Assembly: GCA_004431415.1 (NCBI GenBank) | Contig: QPMI01000015.1 | Coordinates: 248,001-312,000 of the forward strand | Reading direction: 5' to 3' | DNA length: 64,000 bases | Source: Cyanophora paradoxa CCMP329 | Lineage: Eukaryota; Plantae; Glaucophyta | In this document: in pieces, positions 1-9,917 of the stretch | Layout: every line of letters begins with the position of its first letter | Numbering within the stretch: position 1 is the first letter of the stretch | The notes under the pieces: generated by a model | The model's input: only the letters and a program-made list of their open reading frames with translations | Database searches by the model: none | What the model was told of the DNA's origin: nothing | Made by a program: the position numbers and the translations under genes

Positions 1-597
1 GACGAGATTTACCCCATCCAGTGCGCCGCCCCCCCCCCCGCCCCTCTCCCTCTCTGTACCCCCACCCCCCTGAGCCCGCCTTCGTTCGCAGGGAGGCGAC
101 GGAGAGCGACCTGGCGGACATGGTGGAGGACATCGCGAACCTCGACCTGGACCGCGACCCCTACCGCGACGAGGAGGCCGCCGCCGCCGTCGACGCCAAG
201 GTTCCCCCCTTCCCCCTTCAGTTTTCTTAGAGAGCCCCGCCGACTGTGGGTCGCAGCTGCCCGACAAGTTCTACCTCAACGGGAAGACGCTGGACTTCGG
301 GCCGGCTGTGGCGCAGAGCGGCTTCCACCGCGTCGAGGCGCTCCGCATGTACCTCGAGCAGCAGCTCGGCGACGCCTGCTTCCGCGACGTGCGCCTGCCC
401 CTCTTTAATTGCGACTGTGCAGACTTGACTTCTTCTGATGTCTTCTGCAGTCGTACGCGTGCATCAAGGAGGCGCGCGATGCGGAGGACGAGGTCGCCTC
501 GGACCGCAAGCTGATGAAGATCATGGGCGCCAAGATCGACTGCGCCTGCCTCATCCACCAGCTCATCTACTGCGAGGAGATTATGTACAGCATGTGA
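1..597 (+). CDS. 3' end of probable NIMA-related (NEK1-like) kinase gene; 5' part lies outside the window
   Basis: Spliced exons give ...LPDKFYLNGKTLDF...SGFHRVEALRMYLEQQLGD...CLIHQLIYCEEIMYSM*, with TGA at 595-597. This resembles the conserved C-terminal domain of NEK1-type kinases. The kinase domain itself is not in the window. Confidence 0.55.
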
Positions 598-898
598 GGG
601 CCTCCATTGTCGTCGGCCCATCGAGAGGCTCGCTTTGCGAGTCGTCTGCGCATGCCTTGTCAAGTTGTGTATCATAGTGCTCGGCCTGGCCCGTCACAGC
701 GTTTCTGCATCTGGGCCCTGAAGCTGTATTCGAAAACGTCGATAGGCTAGGCTAGGAATCAATTCTCTCAGCAGTTGTATGTGAACGCCGCGCAGATGTA
801 CCAGTCGATGTCGTGATTGTAATGTCATAGAATAATACAACACCTCTGCACGCGTACATGTACAAGCCAGATCTCGCAATACTATGATGGCCGCTGAG

Positions 899-3600
899 CT
901 AGAAGCCAAACATGTCGCGGGGCCGCCCCTGCAGGTCGGCGATGCTGATGGAGATGCCGCCGCCCTTGGGCGGCTCCACGTCCGGGGCCCGCCGCTCGCG
1001 GGGCCGCGGGTGCACGCCCTCCCGGTCCTCCTCCGCCGCCGCCTCGTCGCCGACCCGCAGCGCCTCCTCGCGCCAGGCGCGGTGCGCGGCGATCTGCGGC
1101 TCCATCGCCACGCGGCGCGCGTCCTCCTCGCTGTAGGGCCGCGAGACGTGCCGGAAGAGGGCCGGCAGGGCCAGCATCGCGTAGATCGCGAGGCCGGCGC
1201 GGGCGGCCCGGAAGCAGAGGTCAGGCCCCAGGGCCGTCGCGGCGCGGAGCTCGAGGGGATGGAGGGGCAGGGCCCAGGTGAGGGCGGCGGAGGGGACGCC
1301 GGGCTCGAGGGGTACGCGGAGGGCGAGGGCGCGGAGGCGGGGGGCGAGGGCGACGGCGGTGGCGGCCCAGGCCACGGAGCGCCAGGCTGAGTAGGCGGCG
1401 AGGAGGCCGCGGGCGCGGCGGAGCCCCGCGGCGGCGATGTCGTCGGGGGAGGGCGGGCGCGGGGTGCAGCCGGCGGCGGTGCGGTCGCGGGGCCAGCGGC
1501 GCTCGTACGCGGCGAGGAGGGCGCCGATGCCGTCCCTGAGGCGGCGGTGGGCGGCGGCGACGGAGGGCGAGGCGAGGGCGGCGGCGGAGAGGAGGAGCGC
1601 CGCGGTCTCGATGGGAAGGGCCAGCGGGTGGACCGCGCCCCGGAAGAGGAAGGCGGGTACGCGGGCCGCGGCGGCGACGAAGTAGGCGTGGAGGGAGACG
1701 AGGAGGGGGCCGAGGCGGGGTACGTCGAGCAGGAGGCTGGCCTCCTGCAGGGCCAGGGGCGCGGCGAGGAGGATGGGGGGGAGGAGGAGCGCCTCGGCCG
1801 CGCGCCAGCGGAGGACCCACTCGGCGGGTACGATCCCCGCCGCCGCCGCAATGGACGCGACGGTCGCCGCGGGCGTGGCGGGGGCCGGAAGGGGCGGCGC
1901 GGCGGCGGGGGCGCCGGGAGGGCGGGGTCGGAAGCGGAGCGGCAGGGCCGGGAGGGGGCGGGGGCCGCAGGAAGCGGGCCGGGGCGGGGACGGGGACGGG
2001 GCCCTGCGGGGGCGGCAGGTGGAACCGGAAGTTGGAGCGGGCGATGGCCGTGAGGGCCTCGATCTCGGCGGAGGCGGCGGCCGCGGCGGCGGCGGCGGCC
2101 GCGCGGCCGACCTCGAGCGCGGCGGCGAAGTCGGGGGCGAGGGCGGCGCAGGCGGAGGAGAGGGCGGGCACGAAGCCGTGGAAGAGGAGGTGGATAGTGG
2201 CGCGCATGAGGGGGAACGCGACCGCGCAGCCGAGCAGGAGGTCGGCGATGAGGACGGGGATGTTCTGCCCGCGGCGGCCGCCCGACCAGGCGAGGGAAGG
2301 ATCGTTTCCCTGGGCCAGGTGCACGGCCAGGCGAACGGGCTCTACGCAGGGCACGAGGAGGTACCACAGGAGCGCGAGGAGGGGCCGGGGCAGGAGGTTC
2401 ACGGCGCGGGCGAGGGCCGACCACGCCTCCGGGCCGCGGAGGGGCGCGAGGAGGGCGGCGATAGCCTCGAGGGCCCGCGCGGCGGGGGCGGGGAGGCTGG
2501 AGAGGGCCGAAAGGGGCGCGAGGGCGCCGGCGAGGCCGCGGAAGGGGGGGAGCGACGCCACGAGGCGGAAGGGGAGGGCGGCGCCGTGAAGGAATGGGGA
2601 GAGCCAGCCGAAGGGAACGGAGGCGAGGGGCTCGACGGTGCGGCAGAGGAGGAGCCAGAGGGCCCAGCGGCCCCAGCCCGGGAGCACGCGGAGGAGCCAG
2701 CGGTAGGGGGCGGAGAGGGCGCGCAGGAGTCGCTCCTCGTCGGCGGTGTCCAGCACCTCCTGCGCGGCCAGCTCCCTCAGGTCCAGCATTTTCCCGGAGG
2801 ACGTCGGCTCCGCGAGCGGGAGGTCCCAGCGCTCGGCCGCGGCCCGCCGCAGCAGTGCCACGCGGTGCTCTAGCCGCCGACGGCGCAGCGCCGCCCGCCC
2901 CGTCGCGACCTCCGCCTCGAAACGTTCGAGCTCCGCCCACTGCGGGCCGCGCGAGCGCCCGTCGGCTGACCCGAAGCGGTCCGAGAGGTGACGCCCGAAG
3001 CGAGCCCATGCGGGGGGCAGGCGCTCGAGCTGCGAGGCGCGCAGCGGGGCTGAGGCGGTCACCGCCGCGGAAAAGACGAAGAACGACACGGCGGCGCCGT
3101 GCAGCCGGGCAGTCGAGGCCGGCAGGAACCGGAGGGGGCCCAAATCTACCGCCTGCCTCAGATATTCGGGGACTGGCTGGCGTCCGCGAGTACGTCTCCG
3201 CGCCGCCCCTTCAGCGGACGTCTCCGCCGCCGGCTGGGCGGCCGGCGACGACGCGTCGACGAGGGGGTCGTCGGCTTCCCACCACCGACTCTGGGCGGCC
3301 GGCGCCCGGCCGGCGCCCGGCGGGTCGTCGGAGATAGCTTGCGGTGCTGTGTGCGCATCGATCGGCCCGGCCCCCGCGGCGCTCGGGCGCGGCTTCTTCC
3401 GCCTCCAGCGCAAAGTGCGGCCCGCGCCCTGCCAGTGCGTGAGCGGCTCGGGGGCGGCTCACTGGGGCACTCGCGAACCGGAATACCGTTCGCCCGCGGC
3501 GGTGCGATCGGCGCGACGGCGCCGAAGGCCGCGCTGGCTTCCTGCGACCGGTTCAGCCGGGGGTCTCCGCCGGGGAGAAGCGCGCTCAAACCTGCATCGA
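899..3600 (-). CDS. Hypothetical multi-pass membrane protein; start uncertain, with an unexplained frame change near 1900-2000
   Basis: Hydrophobic Leu/Ala/Trp-rich segments occur in ORF 1221..3413 up to about 2000. They continue in another frame (TVASIAAAAGIVPAEWVLRW... then ORF 899..1375) to the stop at 899. Confidence 0.5.
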
Positions 3601-3802
3601 GATCACGCGCTCGCTTGCATCGCGGTGCTCGGGGCTCCGGTAACCAAGGACCCAAGGCGAAGTTTGGGGTACGTGCGCAAGTGCCTTCGAGAGGTCCAGC
3701 AGCAGGCTTCGCGGTGCTTCGCCGCCATTACCACCGCGCCGGGTGCACGCCGCTTTACATCATCGACGCACTCGCTCGAGCCAGCAGCGCCGGCCGCGCC
3801 GA

Positions 3803-4590
3803 ATGAAGGGGACGAAGGGCGATGGATCGCCAGGTTCGCGGCTTCGCACGCGAGTTCAACGCGTCATGCCGAGCCTGACACAGCGCAGTGCCCTCGCTCC
3901 TCCACCACGTAAAGCAGGCGGACACGAAACTAGCAGCGCACATCTTTCACAAGTGTGCCGCGTATCGAACAGTCTGGGAATCGTACTCCTGGAGCGGAGA
4001 TGGCTGGTTCTGGCTTAGCGTCGGCCCGTTGCTCTTTGGAACGATGTACTTCGCCGGCGATTCAGCAGCAGACGTCGTCGCAACCGTCGTCCTAGGGTTC
4101 CTGCTGGACGCTCTCTGCATCCTGCTCATCAAGCTCGTCTTTAAGCGCGAGCGGCCACCGCACAACCGGCCAGATTACCCGTTCTTTGGACCTGACAAGC
4201 ATAGGTGCGCCTGCGCGAGCCCCCAATACCGCGCTTGCGCTGACTCGCTTTCCTTCGCGCAGCTTACCCTCTGGTGCGATGCGTATAAGCGTCGCGCTTA
4301 GCTTTCCCAGCAGGGGGTGTTGACGCGTGCAACCCGCAGGACACACATCGCGGGCCTTCTTTATCGCGTGCTGGGCCTTACACAGGGTTGGATGGACGAT
4401 GCGATCGCTTGTCCTTCTTCTCTGGGCGTTCGGCATCGGCGCCTCCAGGTTAGCATTGGGCCGGCACTACCCCTCGGATGTCTTCCTAGGCTCCGTGCTC
4501 GGCTGCCTGGAGTTCAATTTCCTACGATTCGCTGTGCTAGACAGGGGTTTCTCCATGACCACATTCATATCGAGTCTCTACCAGGCTTAG
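3803..4590 (+). CDS. PAP2-family lipid phosphate phosphatase (PLPP6/PPAPDC2-like)
   Basis: C1 motif KLVFKRERP; C2 motif HSLPSGH, assembled through an 11-nt exon at 4263-4273; C3 motif SRLALGRHYPSDV; transmembrane helices. Confidence 0.85.
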
Positions 4591-5652
4591 CATCTCTCCA
4601 AGATCTAGACCAGCTGCAGCTAGATGTAGGCAGGCTATTGATAGTGTATTTTCATGGAAGGCAAGGCAAGCTGCAGGGACGGACCACACTCTCACTGTCC
4701 GGTAACGGCTGCTCGCGATGACAAATCTGAACATGACGAATTCGAATCTGAAAGCTCAAGGCATGCACAATCTGCAATCAGGCGTCGCCAGGTTGCTTGG
4801 CGAAGTTCGATTGCAACGTTAACAGCTGCAGCTGCCAGGGCTGTGGTCATGGAGTCCATTCAAAAAAAATGATTAAATTAACTCCGCGGCCCAGCCTAGC
4901 CTCGAGCTCGGAGGTCCAGTAACTCTGCGGCCCAGCCTACTAGGCTATAGCTATATTAGCTACGTATACAGGCTAGCGCTAGGCCGCGCCTCGGAGGACG
5001 TCGACCGTCGGACTAGGCCTAGCTATAGCTATAGGCCTAAGATTCATGCACTGCGGCATGCTTATAATTATAACCGTTGAACTTGATAAGATACTATGAT
5101 ATCGCCGAGTCGGCGATAATATCACTGAGTCACTATCATAGTATGTTAATGAGCTCATGATACGTATACGTATACGTATACTATGATATCGATCAACTTC
5201 CAAAGTTTGGCCCACTGCCAGTGGGTTCATGATCATGATCGATAGCCGATGATCCGATGATCATGATCATGATCAGGGCTCCCGGCCGCGGCCCCCCATC
5301 ATGGCATGGCCATCATGGCATGCCCAACCATTGTGCCACGTCACGGCGTTGTGGTTCATGATCATGATCGATACCACTCAGTGACTGATGATCATTGTGC
5401 CACGGTGCCACGCCGTGACGGTGCACGTGGCGTCGGGCACCCCCAAAATCTCACAGCCTGGCAGGGCCCGGCGCGGGGGTCCCCACCCATATGCATGCCA
5501 CCGTCATACACGAAATTTGATCGAAATGTCACCAAGTTACTAAGTATACGTACTAGTTATATAATATTAATTAACTTAGTAACAGCGCTAGCGGGCCCCA
5601 TGGCCAGCCGCTGAGCCGGGGGGACTCAGTGTGACTGCAGGGAGCTGCAGGG

Positions 5653-5695
5653 GAACTCCCTGCAGCTGTAGTCGACTGCCAGCTGCAGGGAGTTC
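5653..5695. repeat. Perfect 16-bp inverted repeat (hairpin/cruciform)
   Basis: gaactccctgcagctg (5653-5668) and its reverse complement cagctgcagggagttc (5680-5695). The spacer contains the palindrome agtcgact. Confidence 0.9.
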
Positions 5696-6061
5696 GAGAG
5701 CTGGCCCAGTGGCCCGGTGGCCATGGGATTCTCCGGATCCCGGATCCACCTCAGCTAGCTAGATCTGCAGGTGACACGCACATGCATATGTACAATTTGC
5801 AATCTGAGATGCAGGCCGATATGCAGGTTTGCATGATCATGACGTAGTACGTATACGTCATTTTTTTTGTACGTCTACATTTTCTATTCAACTCCGCAAC
5901 TTATATATATATGTATATGCAGGCATGCTTTGGAAAATATATATGGAAGCGATTTAGATAAGGCTGAATAGGGATCGTGCCCACCAGCGCGGGTACAGAA
6001 ATCAGAAGCTTTCTACAAGCCAAGGTCCAGCGCGCGCCGAGCAGGTTGTAGCCTCCAGTGC

Positions 6062-8847
6062 ATGCCCCGCAGGTAGCTAAGGCGCGATGGGAGGCGGGGG
6101 AGCGGGGCCCTCAACAGGGCAGCCGCCCCAGGAATCGAGCTCGTCCAGCTCCTTGACCCAGATCCTCGTAGTGCGCTGCCTCGAGCCGTGCACGCTTGCA
6201 CCTCTTCTGATTGCGTGCAAAGGTCGAAGACGACTCATCAACACGAAAGATCGTTAAGCGGTTTCTGGAGAAGCGCCTCCCCGACACGCGGGTTCGCCTG
6301 GACCGTCAACCCGGAGGGCGGGGTTACACTTACGCGCGCTTTGCAGGTCACAGCTGTTACATCCGGATCGGAAGCTATGCAGCTGCTCGAGCAGGGGCAC
6401 CGCTTTGATCTTGTGCTGTCGGACGTGTTCATGCCGGTGCGTCCTCTGGCACCGAGGCGCGCTTAGCGCTAACGCATGTCATGCTGTGCAGGGCATCGGT
6501 GCTGGGCCCGCTCGCTCTCCCCCCGCGCGCGCTTACCCCGCTCGATCAGATGGGCCGCAGCTCGTCGATAAGATGAGGAGGCTGCCCCCGTCGCGCGAGA
6601 CGCCTGTGATCTTCATGTCTGTGACGAAGCGCGTCGAGGTGGTAAACGAGTGCTGGAGGAAAGGCGGTTTTGACTTCTTGAGGTGTACACGCCCGCTGTC
6701 GATGCGTGCCACGATCACTAGCTCACCCCGCGTGCAGCAAACCCCTTAAGTTAAAGGAGATGGAAAAAGCGGTGTCTGATTGCCTGGTCAAGCACGGGCA
6801 CGCTGGACTGCCTGGGGTGTGCCCTGTTCCGTGCTCTCCGTGGGCGGTTCTGTTCACACAGACATGTGCAGATTCCCGGCTCATCTCCGCTTGGACCCGC
6901 TCCACACGAAGACCCGCTGTACATGGAGCCAGAACCCCAGCCTATTCCTTTTCGAAGCAAAACGACAACAGAAGTGGCAATCCACGACTCCCTCAAACGT
7001 CGTCGCGAATCTCTTGCGACAGGCGAGGTCGGGAGCGACCCGGAGGCAAAGAAGTTTCGTATTTTGCATCTTTGCGACGACCTGAGAGCCGAACTGCTGG
7101 GGTGCTCACTTTGTCGGTTTCGCCCTTTTCCTTTTCCTGATTGCCCTTTTGTTCTAGGGAAAGAGCGGCTTTCTGCTATCGAAAAGTGACTGGCGATGGG
7201 CCGATTGGCGTTCACAGCGTTCCCCCGGAGCTCTTGGCGCTTGTCTTCAGTTTCTTGAGTGGCCGTGAGCTCGGGGTAGTCATCCGAGTCTTCAGGGAAT
7301 GGCGCGAAATAGTGCTTAACCACGACGTGCTGGCGAGGAGGTGGGTACACTGTTAATTTCACATTGAAACCGCATGACTCCTCGCTAGGTTTTATCAATC
7401 GAGATACCGGACGTCATACTTCGTTCACAACACTGTTGACTGGAAAACAAGAGTATCCATTATGGCCGACGTGTGCAACAACTGGCGTGCAGGCAGTTGC
7501 CAGGTTTTCGGTGCACCAGGTCAGTAAGCATGGCTGGAAATGTGGTGCATATACCTTTGTGACGCGATGGTCAGGTTTGGACCTAAGCAATCCAAATACT
7601 GTTCGCCAAGTCAGTGTTGGCACGTATCAGCATCGTTTCGCAGCAGCCTCTCACGATGGTATGCCGCTCGATTTCGTTTGGTTGGCTACTGGCTCATGTT
7701 TCCTAGGTTACATCCGGGTGTGGGAGGCACGCAACAAGAGCTTGAATGCCCAAATCCCAACTGGACCAGCAACCACATTCCGTGATGGCGATCGCCCGGA
7801 CTTCTATTTGAAGATTGCGGTGCCTCGCCCAGGAGCTGCACACCGACCAGTGCCCTTTTTGAGGCTGAAACAGTCCTCAGTCGTCGTTGGTTTGTTCGCT
7901 TTTTTTTTCAGATGATTTTGTGCTCACTTCGTCTTGCAGGCTTCAAGGATGGTGCAGTGATTTGTCTCGACACTGATTCTGGTGAATGGGAATGGCATCT
8001 CCAGATGCATCAGGTGGCTTTTCTGTTATGTGTTGATCAGATGTCTTGATCGAAACTGACTGGACTAATTTCGTGTGCACAGTCCTCCAGTATGTTCGAA
8101 GGAATGCACCTGCATGAAAACATGCTTCTGGCGTACACGAAGTCGTCACCAGTTGTGGATGTGTGGGATGTGTGCACCCGATCTCATCTGAAATCGTTTG
8201 TGGGGCATCGAAAACGGGTCAGCTCGTTTTTTGCTCAGTCAACGTTTTTTCCTCATCACAGAGCAGGTCCTCTGCCTGGATTCGGATGGGAACTTCGTTG
8301 CCACGGGCTCTGCAGACAAGACCATAATCGGTTGGGACTTAGACACAGCACAGCGGCTTTCGACATTCGAAGGCCACGAAGGACCAGTGTATGCAATGCA
8401 TATGGGCCGCAACTATATTGCTGCTGGGTCCCATGATCGCACTGTCAAGGTATAAAATTCTTGGCATGTTCGTCTTCATTCCTAATCAATTTCACTAGAT
8501 CTGGGATCGGAGGTCAGCGGAGTGCGTAATGACCCTGTCGGAAGCAGGACACAGAGGGCCAGTCACGTGTGTCCAGTGGGACGAGGTCATGAACAGAGTG
8601 GTCAGCGGAGGCGATGATGCTTTTGTGTGCGTCTGGGACGTTCGCAAGAATCACTGCCTGTCGCGCCTTGAAGACCCGGCTGGAAAGGCAATTTCCATTA
8701 CGTGTATGGCCATTGATGATGAGAAGATCGTGACAGGCCATACGGATGGCGGAGTGCGGATTTTTGTCCTTTTTGCCTTCATTAGTGATTCTTATTCTGG
8801 ATTCTTTATCCATTCAGGTCAACCTCTGGAATTTCCGTCGGGCATGA
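6062..8847 (+). CDS. Response-regulator receiver + F-box + WD40-repeat protein
   Basis: Spliced REC domain: ILVVEDD...DLVLSDVFMPGIDG...PVIFMS...FDFLSKP. F-box: VPPELLALVFSFLSGRELGVVIRVFREWREIV. WD40 repeats: VATGSADKTIIGWD, AAGSHDRTVKIWD, VSGGDDAFVCVWD, VTGHTDGGVNLWN. Intron phases join all three parts in one frame. Confidence 0.8.
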
Positions 8848-9917
8848 GTACAACTGCTGCAGCCAGCAGTGCGAGGAGCTAAATCAGTTCCTATTCTTGT
8901 CCTTTTTTTGCCTTCATTGCCGCAAATTCTTTCAAGCGAGGAGTGAAATCAGTTCTGCATATTCATATTCTTGTCCTTGTGCCGAGCATGTTTACACTGC
9001 GCTCCGTTGCGGAAGGCCCAGCCCTGCAGCAAGCTGTCCGGATCCGGCCGGGAATAGGGCGATTGGCCATGGGGTACGGGGGTTTGGGTTAAGACTTTGA
9101 TGTAAGGGGAACGTGAGACATATGTCTAGTACTACGGTATGATTTTCAAAAGTTCGAACTTCGGTGATGAGAGAGTTTGATTTGAGGGGATTACAGTTAA
9201 CTCGTACTTCACGTAAATAAAAGCGCACTTGAGACTCCGGTCGACGCCCGACGGCTCGGCGGTCGAATATGATAGTATAACGTAATTGACCGTCGGACGT
9301 CGACGTCGACTAGTTTGATTATCAGTAATTCTGAGAAACTTTGATTTGTGCAATAATTAACAAGTGGTCATGCGCATGCATGGAGAGGATTAATTTTGCA
9401 GTTAAAAAAATTGGACATGGCCATCATGGCATGGCTAGTAGACCGTCGGCCAGTCTTGATCACACTGATCATGAGTACTCATTGATCATGACCGTCAGAC
9501 TAGTAGAACTTTCAAATTAAAGCTTCATGATCAAAGTTTGAGTTTGGTCAGAGAGACTTTGATTTGAGAAGAAGAGTATGTATAAGACACGCCCAAGCCA
9601 GCTGTACGGTATTGACGAAAGAATCAATAGAGAGAGATCGAGCAAGTAAAAGACACTTCCAGAATCAAGCCGCTGAGCCGCCGGCGCCCACCGCTCTTGG
9701 GGGGGTACACAAACGTCCTATTCGGCGCCGGAGGTAGCCGGAATTCTAGAGCCGGAGGGAGTCCACCGGGCTCTGATACGAATTCTGATCTGCGAAGCAA
9801 CTCGAGCAAGCGCTGATCTGATCGCCTTCTGCTTGGCGCCATAGTGCGGGCGCGCTGACGCGGGCGCGGTGCCGCCAACCAGCGGATTAGATAGGCACCA
9901 GTCAGATTAGCTTAGCT

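Noticed and set aside
694-3009. 771-aa Pro/Arg-rich ORF and similar overlapping ORFs at 26110-29772 and 62136-63621
   Set aside because: Off-frame or antisense read-through in very GC-rich DNA where stop codons are rare.
6062-6820. Receiver domain as bacterial contamination or very recent HGT
   Set aside because: It is interrupted by several spliceosomal introns typical of this genome and fused to eukaryotic domains.
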